Shown here piece by piece: positions 1 to 9,590 of a stretch of DNA of 64,000 bases. The translations under genes were made by a program, and so were the position numbers. Within the stretch, counting starts at the first letter, position 1, and each line of letters opens with the position of its first letter. This DNA is from a virus. The notes below the pieces were generated by a model. That model was not told the DNA's origin. It saw nothing but the letters and a program-made list of their open reading frames with translations, and made no database searches. The stretch covers positions 32,001 to 96,000 of IMG/VR virus record IMGVR_UViG_3300025466_000012; one strand, given 5' to 3'.

Positions 1-2
1 GC

Positions 3-587
3 AGTCCATCGCAAGGCCTGTTGATGCCCAAACTGAAGTATCGCTTCAGAGTCAGCTTCCAGAATTTTGGAGTATCAAGCCCAGTAACAGAGCTGACCAA
101 ACAGGTGGTGGATTTCACTCGTCCCAACGTGACTTTTGAAAATATTGATCTTCCTATCTACAACAGTACTATCAAGTTGGCTGGCAAATACAGCTGGCAG
201 GACATCACTTGCAACATACGTGATGATGCTGCTGGTAATGTGACTCGACTGGTTGGCGAACAACTACAGAAACAGTTGGATTTTGCTGAAATGAGTAGTG
301 CCAGTTCGGGTATTGACTACAAGTTTACCACAGTGTTTGAAGTGCTAGACGGCGGCAATGGTACCAATGCTCCAATCGCGTTAGAGACCTGGTCCATACT
401 TGGTTGCTATCTACAAGGTGTCAACTACGGTGATATGAATTATGGCACAAACGAAGCCATGCAGATTGCATTGACCATCCGCTTCGACAATGCTGTACAA
501 GGTGTTGGCGGAACAGGTCCTGGTGTAGGACAAGCAATTGGTCGTACATTGGGTGATGTGGTCACTGGTGTTGGTACTGCACAATAA
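3..587 (+). CDS. Tail tube protein, T4 gp19-like (5' end probably outside the window)
   Basis: Frame is open to the window edge. Motifs LMPKLKYRFRV, KLAGKYSWQDITCNIRDD, ETWSILGCY and IALTIRFDNA are typical of gp19-like tube proteins. Confidence 0.8.
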   Translation, partial: SPSQGLLMPKLKYRFRVSFQNFGVSSPVTELTKQVVDFTRPNVTFENIDLPIYNSTIKLAGKYSWQDITCNIRDDAAGNVTRLVGEQLQKQLDFAEMSSASSGIDYKFTTVFEVLDGGNGTNAPIALETWSILGCYLQGVNYGDMNYGTNEAMQIALTIRFDNAVQGVGGTGPGVGQAIGRTLGDVVTGVGTAQ

Positions 588-600
588 CTGATAGACCGCC

Positions 601-1794
601 ATGAACCTTAGCTCGTTTGGCGAGAACATCTTACAAGGATTCTTTGGTACCGATCAATTAAAAGATTATAGTCATGCTTCTAGAACTTTTAGAAGCAACA
701 ACTATGAACTGACTCCAAGAACCAAGTATCTATTCCACTGCTTTTTCAATATCAACTCGGGCGAAATTCCGGCCCTGCGCACGGCTTTTGCAAACAATGA
801 CATAGCCAGTGTGGGGCTCATGGTCAAGACAGCCGATTTACCCAGCTTTGAAATTTCAGCCGAAACCCTGAATCAATACAATCGCAAAAGAATAGTACAG
901 ACCAAGATCAACTATCAACCGGTCACTATCACTTTGCATGATGATCAAAGCGATCTTATCAGGAATCTCTGGTACAACTACTACACCTACTACTACAAAG
1001 ATCCCACCTACGGTTACAACAACGTGCCCAACACCAGTGGCAGTCTAGGCCGGTCTCAAACCTTGCAAAATGGATTTGGGTACAATACCTCCGACACTTA
1101 TACCAATAGACAAAATACCGATTGGGGATTTATAGGCGAAAGCTATACTGACAGTAGCGCAGGCAATGCCTCAGGAAACAACAACGGAAAGCCTAGATTT
1201 TTCAACGATATCACCATATACGGTCTGGCACAAAAACGATTTGCCAGCTATATCTTGATCAATCCTGTCATCACCAACTGGAAAAGTGATCAGTATGATT
1301 ATAGCCAAGGTGCTGGCACCATGAGTCATACCCTGACTATCAGTTACGAATCAGTCAAGTACAACAGCGGAGCCATCGGCGGCGCACAACCCAGCACCAG
1401 TGTGCCAGGATTTGCTGATCCAGCCCACTACGATACAACCAAGAGCAAGCTGTCAAGACCAGGTGGTACTGCCACAGTGTTTGGACAAGGCGGTATCATT
1501 GATGCAGTATCGGGGGTAACCCAGGATCTTGAAGCCCTGGCATCGGGACAGGGTGGATTACAAAATATTATTGGTGCTGTACAAACAGCCGGCACGGCCT
1601 ACAACACGTTTAAAAATGTCAACCTAGGACAGATAGCTGGTGCAGAAGTGCAGGGAGTAGCTACCAGTGTGATACAACAGGGTTTTGCTGGCAACATGCG
1701 ACAGGCCACTGCCACTGGCAACGGTCAACTGTTTCTAAATCCTCCTAGAGTAAATACTTCGGGCGCCACTATACAATCACAACTGGGATTATAA
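601..1794 (+). CDS. Tail tube-related or baseplate junction structural protein (gp48/gp54-like)
   Basis: Tube-like motifs VKTADLPSF, LNQYNRKRIVQTKINYQPVTITLHDD and LTISYE; adjacent to the tail tube gene. Confidence 0.55.
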   Translation: MNLSSFGENILQGFFGTDQLKDYSHASRTFRSNNYELTPRTKYLFHCFFNINSGEIPALRTAFANNDIASVGLMVKTADLPSFEISAETLNQYNRKRIVQTKINYQPVTITLHDDQSDLIRNLWYNYYTYYYKDPTYGYNNVPNTSGSLGRSQTLQNGFGYNTSDTYTNRQNTDWGFIGESYTDSSAGNASGNNNGKPRFFNDITIYGLAQKRFASYILINPVITNWKSDQYDYSQGAGTMSHTLTISYESVKYNSGAIGGAQPSTSVPGFADPAHYDTTKSKLSRPGGTATVFGQGGIIDAVSGVTQDLEALASGQGGLQNIIGAVQTAGTAYNTFKNVNLGQIAGAEVQGVATSVIQQGFAGNMRQATATGNGQLFLNPPRVNTSGATIQSQLGL

Positions 1795-1797
1795 ATC

Positions 1798-2157
1798 ATG
1801 GGTTCTGTAAACTACGCTAATCCCAACAAAGATGCCACAGTACAAATCTTTGATCAATTTTATGCTTACCAAAGTTCAGTCTCTGTTGACGAATACGATG
1901 CAGTCAATAGTTATTTTGTCAGTCAGTTTGGCACCGGTGAAGCTGCAGGAAACTTTACTGTGAGTCTGTTTAGAACAGCAGAACTCAGTGGTACACCAGT
2001 CATGACCTTATTGCAAGAAATACGCGGCCAGACCGGACCAGATCTGACGCTGAGTCTGTCCTACTTTCTCAACGCCACTCGCAGCACTAGCACTCTGTTG
2101 GGGATCAATGTCAACACACAGCCCAATTTTTACGTGGCACACAACATCCGTAGCTGA
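1798..2157 (+). CDS. Hypothetical protein in the structural cluster
   Basis: 119-aa ORF tightly packed between structural genes. Confidence 0.6.
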   Translation: MGSVNYANPNKDATVQIFDQFYAYQSSVSVDEYDAVNSYFVSQFGTGEAAGNFTVSLFRTAELSGTPVMTLLQEIRGQTGPDLTLSLSYFLNATRSTSTLLGINVNTQPNFYVAHNIRS

Positions 2158-2215
2158 CTTAGTCAGAAAAGTAGAAAATGTTCATTACGTATTGATATAT
2201 TATAGGAAATGTACC

Positions 2216-2659
2216 ATGCCCAATTTCTCTAGAGGAAAATTTGTAGTTACAAATTCTCAAAAATATGTAGGAAAAGGAGAGCCAACTTGGAGAAGTAGCT
2301 GGGAATGGGCTTTCATGAATTTCTGCGACAACAACAACAATATATTGCAATGGGCCAGCGAACCAGTTCGCATACCCTACCAACATCCGCTTACAGGCAA
2401 AATGACCACCTATGTTCCGGATTTTATTGTGACCTATCGTGGACCCAACAATACCACCCGTGCTGAACTGATTGAAATCAAACCTACCAGCCAAAGTCGT
2501 TTGTTGGAAAACCAAAGTCAGCGAGATCGTGCCCAAGTGGCAATCAATCATTGCAAATGGGCTGCAGCTTCAACCTGGTGCAAGCGCAACGGACTCACAT
2601 TCAGAGTCATTACCGAAACAGATATCTTTAGACAAGGCAAGCCCGGCCGCGGTAAATAG
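2216..2659 (+). CDS. Head completion nuclease, T4 gp4-like (TnsA-N/PD-(D/E)XK fold)
   Basis: Motifs WRSSWE, WASEPVRIPY, YVPDF and LIEIKP. Start moved to ATG 2216, after AGGA. Confidence 0.8.
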   Translation: MPNFSRGKFVVTNSQKYVGKGEPTWRSSWEWAFMNFCDNNNNILQWASEPVRIPYQHPLTGKMTTYVPDFIVTYRGPNNTTRAELIEIKPTSQSRLLENQSQRDRAQVAINHCKWAAASTWCKRNGLTFRVITETDIFRQGKPGRGK

Positions 2660-2662
2660 GGT

Positions 2663-3151
2663 ATGACAAAGAAATTAGAAGAATTATTTCAGTTCGATCG
2701 ACTCGACCCTGTCTCGGAAACTGATGAACCAATACTCACTGTGGAACAAACTCGTGAAACTATTGTGGCCATTGACACCAACATAGACAAAATTGATGCG
2801 GCCTTGCCGGGCATACAAGATCTTGATACCTTGGATCGAGAACTGGATGAATTGGCCGACTTGGCCAAACAAAGCTACCAGGATCTCAGTGATCTGGGCA
2901 TGAACATAGAATCCAGATTCGCAGCCGAACTGTTTGCTGTGGCTGGTACCATGCTGGGGCACGCACTCACCGCCAAAACTACCAAGCTGAACAAACGATT
3001 AAAGATGATTGATCTACAGTTGAAGAAACTCAAACTGGATAGAGATGCTCCCGAGACCGACGATATACCCACAGCCGAAGGACATTTGATGAGTCGCAAT
3101 GATCTGCTGGAACGCTTGATTGCCACTCGAGATCAAAAAAATCAATCTTGA
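2663..3151 (+). CDS. Possible terminase small subunit (gp16-like) or other helical head protein
   Basis: Helical and acidic; the segment AAELFAVAGTMLGHALTAKTTK resembles the gp16 core. Assignment is by resemblance only. Confidence 0.4.
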   Translation: MTKKLEELFQFDRLDPVSETDEPILTVEQTRETIVAIDTNIDKIDAALPGIQDLDTLDRELDELADLAKQSYQDLSDLGMNIESRFAAELFAVAGTMLGHALTAKTTKLNKRLKMIDLQLKKLKLDRDAPETDDIPTAEGHLMSRNDLLERLIATRDQKNQS

Positions 3152-3157
3152 TAAATA
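3151..3157 (+). promoter_or_regulatory. Late promoter-like motif ATAAATA
   Basis: Resembles the T4 late promoter TATAAATA; lies 18 nt upstream of the 3175 start; the motif recurs before many structural genes. Confidence 0.55.
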
Positions 3158-3174
3158 TCATATAAGGAAAAATT

Positions 3175-3783
3175 ATGAAAAAATTCCACGATTATCTGGC
3201 CGAGTCCGAACGAACCTATAACTATCGAATCAAGATAGCCGGCGATGTACCAACCGGATTCGTCAAGGACCTGGGTGAAAAACTCAAGCAGTTCGACGTT
3301 GTAAAAATGTCAACAGCCAAGACCACACCAGTACAGGCACGCCTGAACGACTTTCCAGAAATTGAAAACGATCGAGTCACACACATGGATGTGGAGTTCC
3401 GGTATCCGGCTGTAGAGCCGCAGATCAAACAGATTGCGCAACTGTTGATGTTTGATCCCAACAGAATCAGAATGTTGACCACACCCTACGAGGACAGCAT
3501 GGATGAGGAAACTCGCAAGATCCAAGAGCAAAACCAGGATCTTCTCGCAGATACAGATTTTCCTGCACCCGACAAACAGCAAAAGGCCTTGTACAAAGAC
3601 TACAGTACCGAATACAACAATCATGCTGTGTTAAAAAATGCGTACAGAAGCGAATACACCGTGGCCGGTGGACCAACACCAGCCGCCAAGACAACCAATG
3701 ATCTGCCCATGGGCAACAAGAGTCCAATGACCACGATCAAGTTGCCACCAAAACCGCCCACCGGCAGTAAACCAAGAGGATAA
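3175..3783 (+). CDS. Putative capsid-internal protein with capsid-targeting-like N-terminus
   Basis: Starts MKKFHDYLAE; preceded by ATAAATA and AAGGA. Confidence 0.55.
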   Translation: MKKFHDYLAESERTYNYRIKIAGDVPTGFVKDLGEKLKQFDVVKMSTAKTTPVQARLNDFPEIENDRVTHMDVEFRYPAVEPQIKQIAQLLMFDPNRIRMLTTPYEDSMDEETRKIQEQNQDLLADTDFPAPDKQQKALYKDYSTEYNNHAVLKNAYRSEYTVAGGPTPAAKTTNDLPMGNKSPMTTIKLPPKPPTGSKPRG

Positions 3784-3785
3784 AC

Positions 3786-5825
3786 ATGGATAATTTTTTC
3801 TACAATCTAAACAAAAAGATGGCTGATCTGGCCAAACAACAGGATCTGACCGAAGGCGCCGTGAACGAACGCGACATGGGCAAACACAACAATGCCACCA
3901 CCGGTTTCAAGGCTTTGGCCAAGAAAGCCGGCAAAGAATATGGTAGCAAAGCGGCCGGCGAACGTGTGGCTGGTGCTCAATTCCAAAAGATGAAAAAAGC
4001 CAGCCAGCTGGAAGAAGACGGCATGGAAGAAAGTGCCTTACAAGGTTATCTTGGTAAAAAGAAATATGGCCCCGAAGGCATGCAGGCCCTGCAAAAGGCC
4101 GGTCGTGAACATGCAGGCAAAGCCAAAATGGACAAGATCCGCGATCGCTATGACAAGATGGACGAAGCTGACATGGAAGAAGGCAATGCCTTCAGCGGCG
4201 CATTGGCCAATGCCAAAAAAGATCATAAAAGCGAATTTGAAGTCGATGGAAAAAAATACAAAGTGGTCGAAGCTGATCCGACTGGCATGGAGGAAGGTGC
4301 AGGTAACGAGCCCGACACCGAACACCAGATAAAACAACCTCGTCACAAAGTGGGCCGAGGCGAACTCAATCAAGTTGCTGGTATGCAAAATGTCAAGTCA
4401 CACAATCGAGAGCATCCGCTCAAGAATGTTGCCAAAGGCATCAAGGCATTCGTCACAGGCAAAGAAGAACCCATGGACGAAGAAAAAGAATCACGCAGCA
4501 AAGGTACAGCGTTTGATCCTGAGCACATGAAAAAAAGCAAAACCGACCGAGAAGGCACTGGCAACTTTGACAAGAAAAAAGTCAGTACCGGTACCGTGTA
4601 CACTCGCCGTCACCGAGAAGATGACGAAGAAGAAGTCAAGAGCGATCAACCCAAGAAAAAAGGCCGTCCAAAAGGTCCTGCCAAAGGTCCTGAGCGTGTG
4701 ACAGCCAAAAGCTACAAATACAAACAAGGTCGCCCAGTTAAAGAAATGGAAATTCCTATTACCAGTCAAGGCGAATACGACCAAGAAGGCGACGAAGTCA
4801 AAGGCGACATGCACACCGTGATCCGTCATGCCCAAGAACTAGAAAAGCACTTGAGAGACAGTGAAAATCTACCAACCTGGATCATTGAAAAAGTGGGCCA
4901 GATCAAGGGCATGATGACCAGTATCTCGGATTATATGTTGTCACAACACGAACGTGGCGCCGAACACGAAACCGGCCAAGAAGGAATCCGTATTGCCGAA
5001 AAAGCAGTCAGTGTCAAGCAACGTAGGGCTGCTGGCATAGCACATGCCGCACAAAAAGGCGAGATACCTAAAAAAGAATTGCGCGGAGCATCAAAAGCCA
5101 TGGCCCAGATGCCAGCCGGAGAACTACACAAGTTTGCAAGCACCAAAGAAAAAGGCCTTCCAACAAAAGTCAAAGAAAACGGCAAACCAGACTTTTTAGA
5201 TCTAGACAACGATGGCAACAAGACTGAGCCAATGAAACAGGCAGCCAAACAGGTCAAGGGCAAGAAAAAAGAAGTTGACGAAACCACTACCTCGGGCAGT
5301 GTGGCCACGGCTACAGCAGCTCCCAAAGCCAGCAAGGGTATGGCATTTGGCAAGGGTGTGTACGAAGGTGCCATCGCTGAAAGTTACGAAAACAAGTTGA
5401 GCAACATGCTGGCAGAAGGCATGAACGTCAGCGTAAACATGGGACAAGACGAAAGTGGACAGATGCGTAACAACATCACAGTCAGTGCTGACGGTGAGGA
5501 AGCTGACAAGTTGGCCCAGTTGTTAAAACTGGCCGGCATGCATCATGAACCTGAAGCGGCCTGTGCAACTTGCGGAAGTGCACCATGCGGCTGTGCCGAG
5601 CAGGTAGACGAGAATCAACCCGATTGGCCAACCAACACCGAGACCATGGACGGACATGATCCACACATGCGAAATCACTCAGGTGGCCTAAACGGTGCCA
5701 AGAGCAGTGGTCAGACCACTATACCAGTTCTTAACCGCAACAGACAGCGTCAGACCAGCATGGATGAAAATGTCGAACTTGAGCGCACTCTTTTTAAAAC
5801 ATGGAAGAATTACAAAGGCCAATGA
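3786..5825 (+). CDS. Large modular, Lys/Glu-rich putative internal head polyprotein; includes a DUF3008-like segment
   Basis: Basic modules separated by hydrophobic-X-E sites (MEEG, MEES, MDEE, VDET, IAES, LAEG, VDEN). KAVSVKQRRAAGIAHAAQKGE...FASTKEKGLPTKV resembles DUF3008. Confidence 0.6.
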   Translation: MDNFFYNLNKKMADLAKQQDLTEGAVNERDMGKHNNATTGFKALAKKAGKEYGSKAAGERVAGAQFQKMKKASQLEEDGMEESALQGYLGKKKYGPEGMQALQKAGREHAGKAKMDKIRDRYDKMDEADMEEGNAFSGALANAKKDHKSEFEVDGKKYKVVEADPTGMEEGAGNEPDTEHQIKQPRHKVGRGELNQVAGMQNVKSHNREHPLKNVAKGIKAFVTGKEEPMDEEKESRSKGTAFDPEHMKKSKTDREGTGNFDKKKVSTGTVYTRRHREDDEEEVKSDQPKKKGRPKGPAKGPERVTAKSYKYKQGRPVKEMEIPITSQGEYDQEGDEVKGDMHTVIRHAQELEKHLRDSENLPTWIIEKVGQIKGMMTSISDYMLSQHERGAEHETGQEGIRIAEKAVSVKQRRAAGIAHAAQKGEIPKKELRGASKAMAQMPAGELHKFASTKEKGLPTKVKENGKPDFLDLDNDGNKTEPMKQAAKQVKGKKKEVDETTTSGSVATATAAPKASKGMAFGKGVYEGAIAESYENKLSNMLAEGMNVSVNMGQDESGQMRNNITVSADGEEADKLAQLLKLAGMHHEPEAACATCGSAPCGCAEQVDENQPDWPTNTETMDGHDPHMRNHSGGLNGAKSSGQTTIPVLNRNRQRQTSMDENVELERTLFKTWKNYKGQ

Positions 5826-6340
5826 AAAATCTACGAGACTATCTTGCTGAATCAGAATCTTGGATGCTGACACCAGCAGCTGGTGACGACTTTGGAATAG
5901 AATTGGCTGATGGCAGTCTAGTAGAATCCTATGTGTTAGAATCAGAATCGGGTGATGTATTGTTGGCAGCCACGACAGAAATTGTCACAATGCTAGAATC
6001 GCGTGGCATGTTGAGCGATCATGAAACCGATGAAGAAATCGTTCTTGAAACCATGGGCTACGGTACCTTGGTTGGTGAAGAGGAAGACGAAATGGACGAG
6101 GCCAAATATCACGGCCGCGAAGTACCGCTTGGCAAGCCCATGAAGGGCGATGTAAAAAAATCAAAAGTGTATGTGAGAGATCCCTCAACCGGCAACATCA
6201 AAAAAGTAAACTTTGGTGATCCCAACATGCGAATCAAAAAAAGCAGTCCTGCACATAGAAAAAGTTTTAGAGCAAGACACCATTGCGAGAACCCCGGATC
6301 ACGACTAAAAGCCCGTTATTGGTCGTGTCGTGCATGGTAA
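5822..6340 (+). CDS. Putative internal head protein with a basic C-terminal domain
   Basis: ATGA overlap with the upstream gene; starts MKNLRDYLAE; basic domain after MDE (AKYHGREVPLGKP...KARYWSCRAW). Confidence 0.6.
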   Translation: MKNLRDYLAESESWMLTPAAGDDFGIELADGSLVESYVLESESGDVLLAATTEIVTMLESRGMLSDHETDEEIVLETMGYGTLVGEEEDEMDEAKYHGREVPLGKPMKGDVKKSKVYVRDPSTGNIKKVNFGDPNMRIKKSSPAHRKSFRARHHCENPGSRLKARYWSCRAW

Positions 6341-6356
6341 TTAAAAGGAAAACAAA

Positions 6357-6836
6357 ATGAGTCAAGCAAATGTCTACACTTCGGTCGCAAATGCTGTCTG
6401 GTACACAGACAAATGTGAAATAGTGACCGAAACAGCGGTCAGTTACAATGTATATGTGGTACAAGCCGGCAACAAGCGTGTGGGATTAACTGGTTCTGTG
6501 ACCAATGGAAGCAATGTCATGTTGACCGGTCAAGCTGCAGCCGGCATGGTCAATGCTACCTTTGTTACCGGAACCGGTGTGGCCAATACCACTACCGTGG
6601 TCAGTGTGGTCAACGGACAAAGTCTTACCATGAGTGCCAACGCTACCAGCGACAGCACAGGCCCATACACGCTGACCATGGGAGCTCCTGGCAACTTGTA
6701 TAGTTCAGCTGTACAGGTGGCAGCCAACAGCAAACAGACAGTGTATGTGGGTTCCGGCAACTATCTCACTATCACTGGTTCGGGATTTACTGCCAGAGAA
6801 ACAGGTACAGCAACATCAGCTACCGCAGGACACTGA
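6357..6836 (+). CDS. Small Thr/Gly-rich, beta-rich virion protein
   Basis: AAGGA RBS; composition typical of virion beta-strand proteins. Confidence 0.5.
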   Translation: MSQANVYTSVANAVWYTDKCEIVTETAVSYNVYVVQAGNKRVGLTGSVTNGSNVMLTGQAAAGMVNATFVTGTGVANTTTVVSVVNGQSLTMSANATSDSTGPYTLTMGAPGNLYSSAVQVAANSKQTVYVGSGNYLTITGSGFTARETGTATSATAGH

Positions 6837-6838
6837 TC

Positions 6839-7216
6839 ATGCGAGCCCGCGAGTTTATAATCGAAGAAAAAGAAGGCAAGTTGAATCCTGATCATTCATC
6901 AGTGATGCCAACTGCACGCAGAATTCGTGATCGAGGCGGATATGATCGTACCAATCATATGAATCGCATGATGATGGCATTGGCCATGCACGACGGCAAA
7001 ACAAAAAATGCCATACCAAAAGAACAAATGGATCCCAACAGCTGGGTAGAAAAATATAACACAGCACATCCTTATACCAAAGAAGAAGACAACATGATAG
7101 TCGGCGCCATGAAAACGCTGGGTTCAGATCATCATCATGTGATATCAGACCATCGCAGTATTGAACCAACAGATGTACACAAAATCAGCCCAGTCAAAGG
7201 ATTTGGCGGTTATTGA
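6839..7216 (+). CDS. Hypothetical protein with capsid-targeting-like N-terminus
   Basis: Starts MRAREFIIEE. Confidence 0.55.
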   Translation: MRAREFIIEEKEGKLNPDHSSVMPTARRIRDRGGYDRTNHMNRMMMALAMHDGKTKNAIPKEQMDPNSWVEKYNTAHPYTKEEDNMIVGAMKTLGSDHHHVISDHRSIEPTDVHKISPVKGFGGY

Positions 7217-7252
7217 TCCATGAATATCACACAATCAACCAAGGAGTATCAC

Positions 7253-7966
7253 ATGAAAAAGTTTTTATTTACAGCCGTATTGGCATTGATGTCCATCTCG
7301 GCACAGGCACAAATCGCCACACAATGTCCACAGTTTACCGTGAACGGTACCCCCAAATATCAAGCACATCCGGGTGATCAGGAATTGTGCAAGACCAACT
7401 ATGCTGTGATACATCGTTGTGATGTCAAAGCACCGGTTGCAGTATTTGAACACCTTACACCGGCAGTCATTACCGGCCCAGCCAAACGCAAAGACAATTT
7501 CAGACCCGATCCAGCTGTGACAGCCACGTGCCAAGCACAATTGGCCGACTATGCCACTGCCGGCAATATCTACGATCGAGGACACATGGCACCAGCTGGC
7601 AACAACACTGTAAATGACGCTGTCATGAGTGAAAGTTTTTTCTTGTCAAACATGGTTCCGCAAGTGGCCAACAACAATCGTGGTATCTGGAAACAGCTGG
7701 AAACCTGGGAACGTGATTGGGCACTCAAAGGTGGTGACTTCTACATCATATCGGGTGGCATCTACAATCCGGGTCACAAGGTCATTGGCAACGGTGTGGG
7801 TGTTCCTGATGCCTTGTACAAGATCATCGTTGATAAAAAATCTGGTCAGGTAATGGCCTACATGATGCCCAACACAGCACTGCCTGTGGCCGACTTGCCA
7901 AAATACCAGACTACCATGACTGCGATCGAGCAGGCCACTGGCATGCAATTTAATTTGGGCAAGTGA
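7253..7966 (+). CDS. Secreted DNA/RNA non-specific endonuclease (NucA/EndA family)
   Basis: Signal peptide MKKFLFTAVLALMSISAQA; DRGH active site; ESFFLSNMVPQ and NRGIWKQLE motifs; AAGGAG RBS. Confidence 0.88.
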   Translation: MKKFLFTAVLALMSISAQAQIATQCPQFTVNGTPKYQAHPGDQELCKTNYAVIHRCDVKAPVAVFEHLTPAVITGPAKRKDNFRPDPAVTATCQAQLADYATAGNIYDRGHMAPAGNNTVNDAVMSESFFLSNMVPQVANNNRGIWKQLETWERDWALKGGDFYIISGGIYNPGHKVIGNGVGVPDALYKIIVDKKSGQVMAYMMPNTALPVADLPKYQTTMTAIEQATGMQFNLGK

Positions 7967-8020
7967 TTGGCATCAACATAATTACTGTATGCGAAACATC
8001 AACTACAGTGATTTAACACC

Positions 8021-9580
8021 ATGGCCGACGAAGCCAATCTAGTCAAGGCGCCACATCGGCGCCAGACCTACACCGAAATCCAGCTGTCAGAATTTGTGGC
8101 CTGTATGGATCCAGTCACAGGTCCGCACTACTTCATGGATAATTTTTTCCATATCCAGCATCCAACCAAGGGCAAGATGCTGTATCGGGCGTTCGACTAT
8201 CAAAAACGCCTGATTGACACCTATCACAACTACAGATACAGCATCAGCATGATGCCTAGACAGACTGGTAAAAGTACCAGTGCTGCCGGTTATTTGCTAT
8301 GGATGGCCATGTTTCGCCCAGACAGCACCATCTTGATTGCTGCACACAAGTACACTGGTAGCCAAGAGATCATGCAGAGAATACGTTATGCCTATGAGCT
8401 GTGTCCGGATCATATCCGTGCCGGTGTGACCAGCTACAACAAGGGCAACCTGGACTTTGAAAACGGGTCAAGGATAGTATCGACCACTACAACAGAAAAT
8501 ACCGGTCGTGGTATGAGTATCACACTCCTGTACTGTGACGAGTTTGCATTCGTGCGTCCCACCATAGCACGCGAGTTCTGGACTTCGATCAGCCCTACCT
8601 TGGCCACTGGTGGTAAAGCCATCATTACCAGCACCCCCAACTCAGACGAAGATCAATTTGCCTTGATCTGGAAAGGAGCCAATCGATGTGAAGACAGCTA
8701 CGGCAATCCTACCGAGATCGGCATCAATGGATTTAGAGCTTATAGAAGCTACTGGAACGAACATCCAGATAGAGATGAACGTTGGGCCTCAGAACAGCGA
8801 GCCCAGCTGGGAGACGATCGTTTCCGGCGCGAAATGGGTTGCGAATTCTTGATCTACGAAGAGACCTTGATAGCACCAGCCAAACTGGTAGACATGACCG
8901 GAATTGATCCGGTCGCGACCATAGGACAAGTGCGATGGTATCAGACACCCAAACCGGGACGTATCTACACTGTGAGTCTGGATCCCAGTCTGGGCACCGG
9001 TGGCGACAATGCGGCCATACAGATATTTGAAGCCAATACCACCGAGCAGATAGGCGAGTGGAAACACAACCGGACAGCCATACCTGAACAGATACAACTG
9101 CTGGCATCGATCTGCGCCCATATCAACGAAACAGTAAAAAATCCTGAAAACATCTACTACAGCGTGGAAAACAACAGCATAGGTGAAGCAGCCTTGGTCA
9201 GCTTGCAACAGTACGGTGAAGAAAACATCAAGGGCTATTTTTTAAGCGAAAGCGGAGCTGCTGGCCGCACGTATAGAAAAGGGTTCAATACCACACACAA
9301 GAGCAAGATAGCTGCCTGCTCCAAACTCAAGACCTTGATCGAAACCGGCAAGATGAAGATACGCAGCAGGCCTTTGATCAGCGAACTCAAAACCTTTGTG
9401 GCAGCCAAGATGAGCTATGCGGCCAAAATTGGTGAAAGCGACGACTTGGTCATGGCCACCTTGCTGGCTGTACGAATGATGCAACAGCTACAAAACTATC
9501 ATCCTGAAATGGACCGTCAGTTGAGAGATTTCAGCGACAACCTGATTCCACCAATGCCATTTGTGGCCACATTACGATAA
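8021..9580 (+). CDS. terL: Terminase large subunit (T4 gp17-like)
   Basis: Walker A MPRQTGKST, Walker B LLYCDE, TSTPN coupling motif, nuclease motifs SLDPSLGTGGD and DDLVMA. Confidence 0.95.
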   Translation: MADEANLVKAPHRRQTYTEIQLSEFVACMDPVTGPHYFMDNFFHIQHPTKGKMLYRAFDYQKRLIDTYHNYRYSISMMPRQTGKSTSAAGYLLWMAMFRPDSTILIAAHKYTGSQEIMQRIRYAYELCPDHIRAGVTSYNKGNLDFENGSRIVSTTTTENTGRGMSITLLYCDEFAFVRPTIAREFWTSISPTLATGGKAIITSTPNSDEDQFALIWKGANRCEDSYGNPTEIGINGFRAYRSYWNEHPDRDERWASEQRAQLGDDRFRREMGCEFLIYEETLIAPAKLVDMTGIDPVATIGQVRWYQTPKPGRIYTVSLDPSLGTGGDNAAIQIFEANTTEQIGEWKHNRTAIPEQIQLLASICAHINETVKNPENIYYSVENNSIGEAALVSLQQYGEENIKGYFLSESGAAGRTYRKGFNTTHKSKIAACSKLKTLIETGKMKIRSRPLISELKTFVAAKMSYAAKIGESDDLVMATLLAVRMMQQLQNYHPEMDRQLRDFSDNLIPPMPFVATLR

Positions 9581-9590
9581 ATAATAAATC

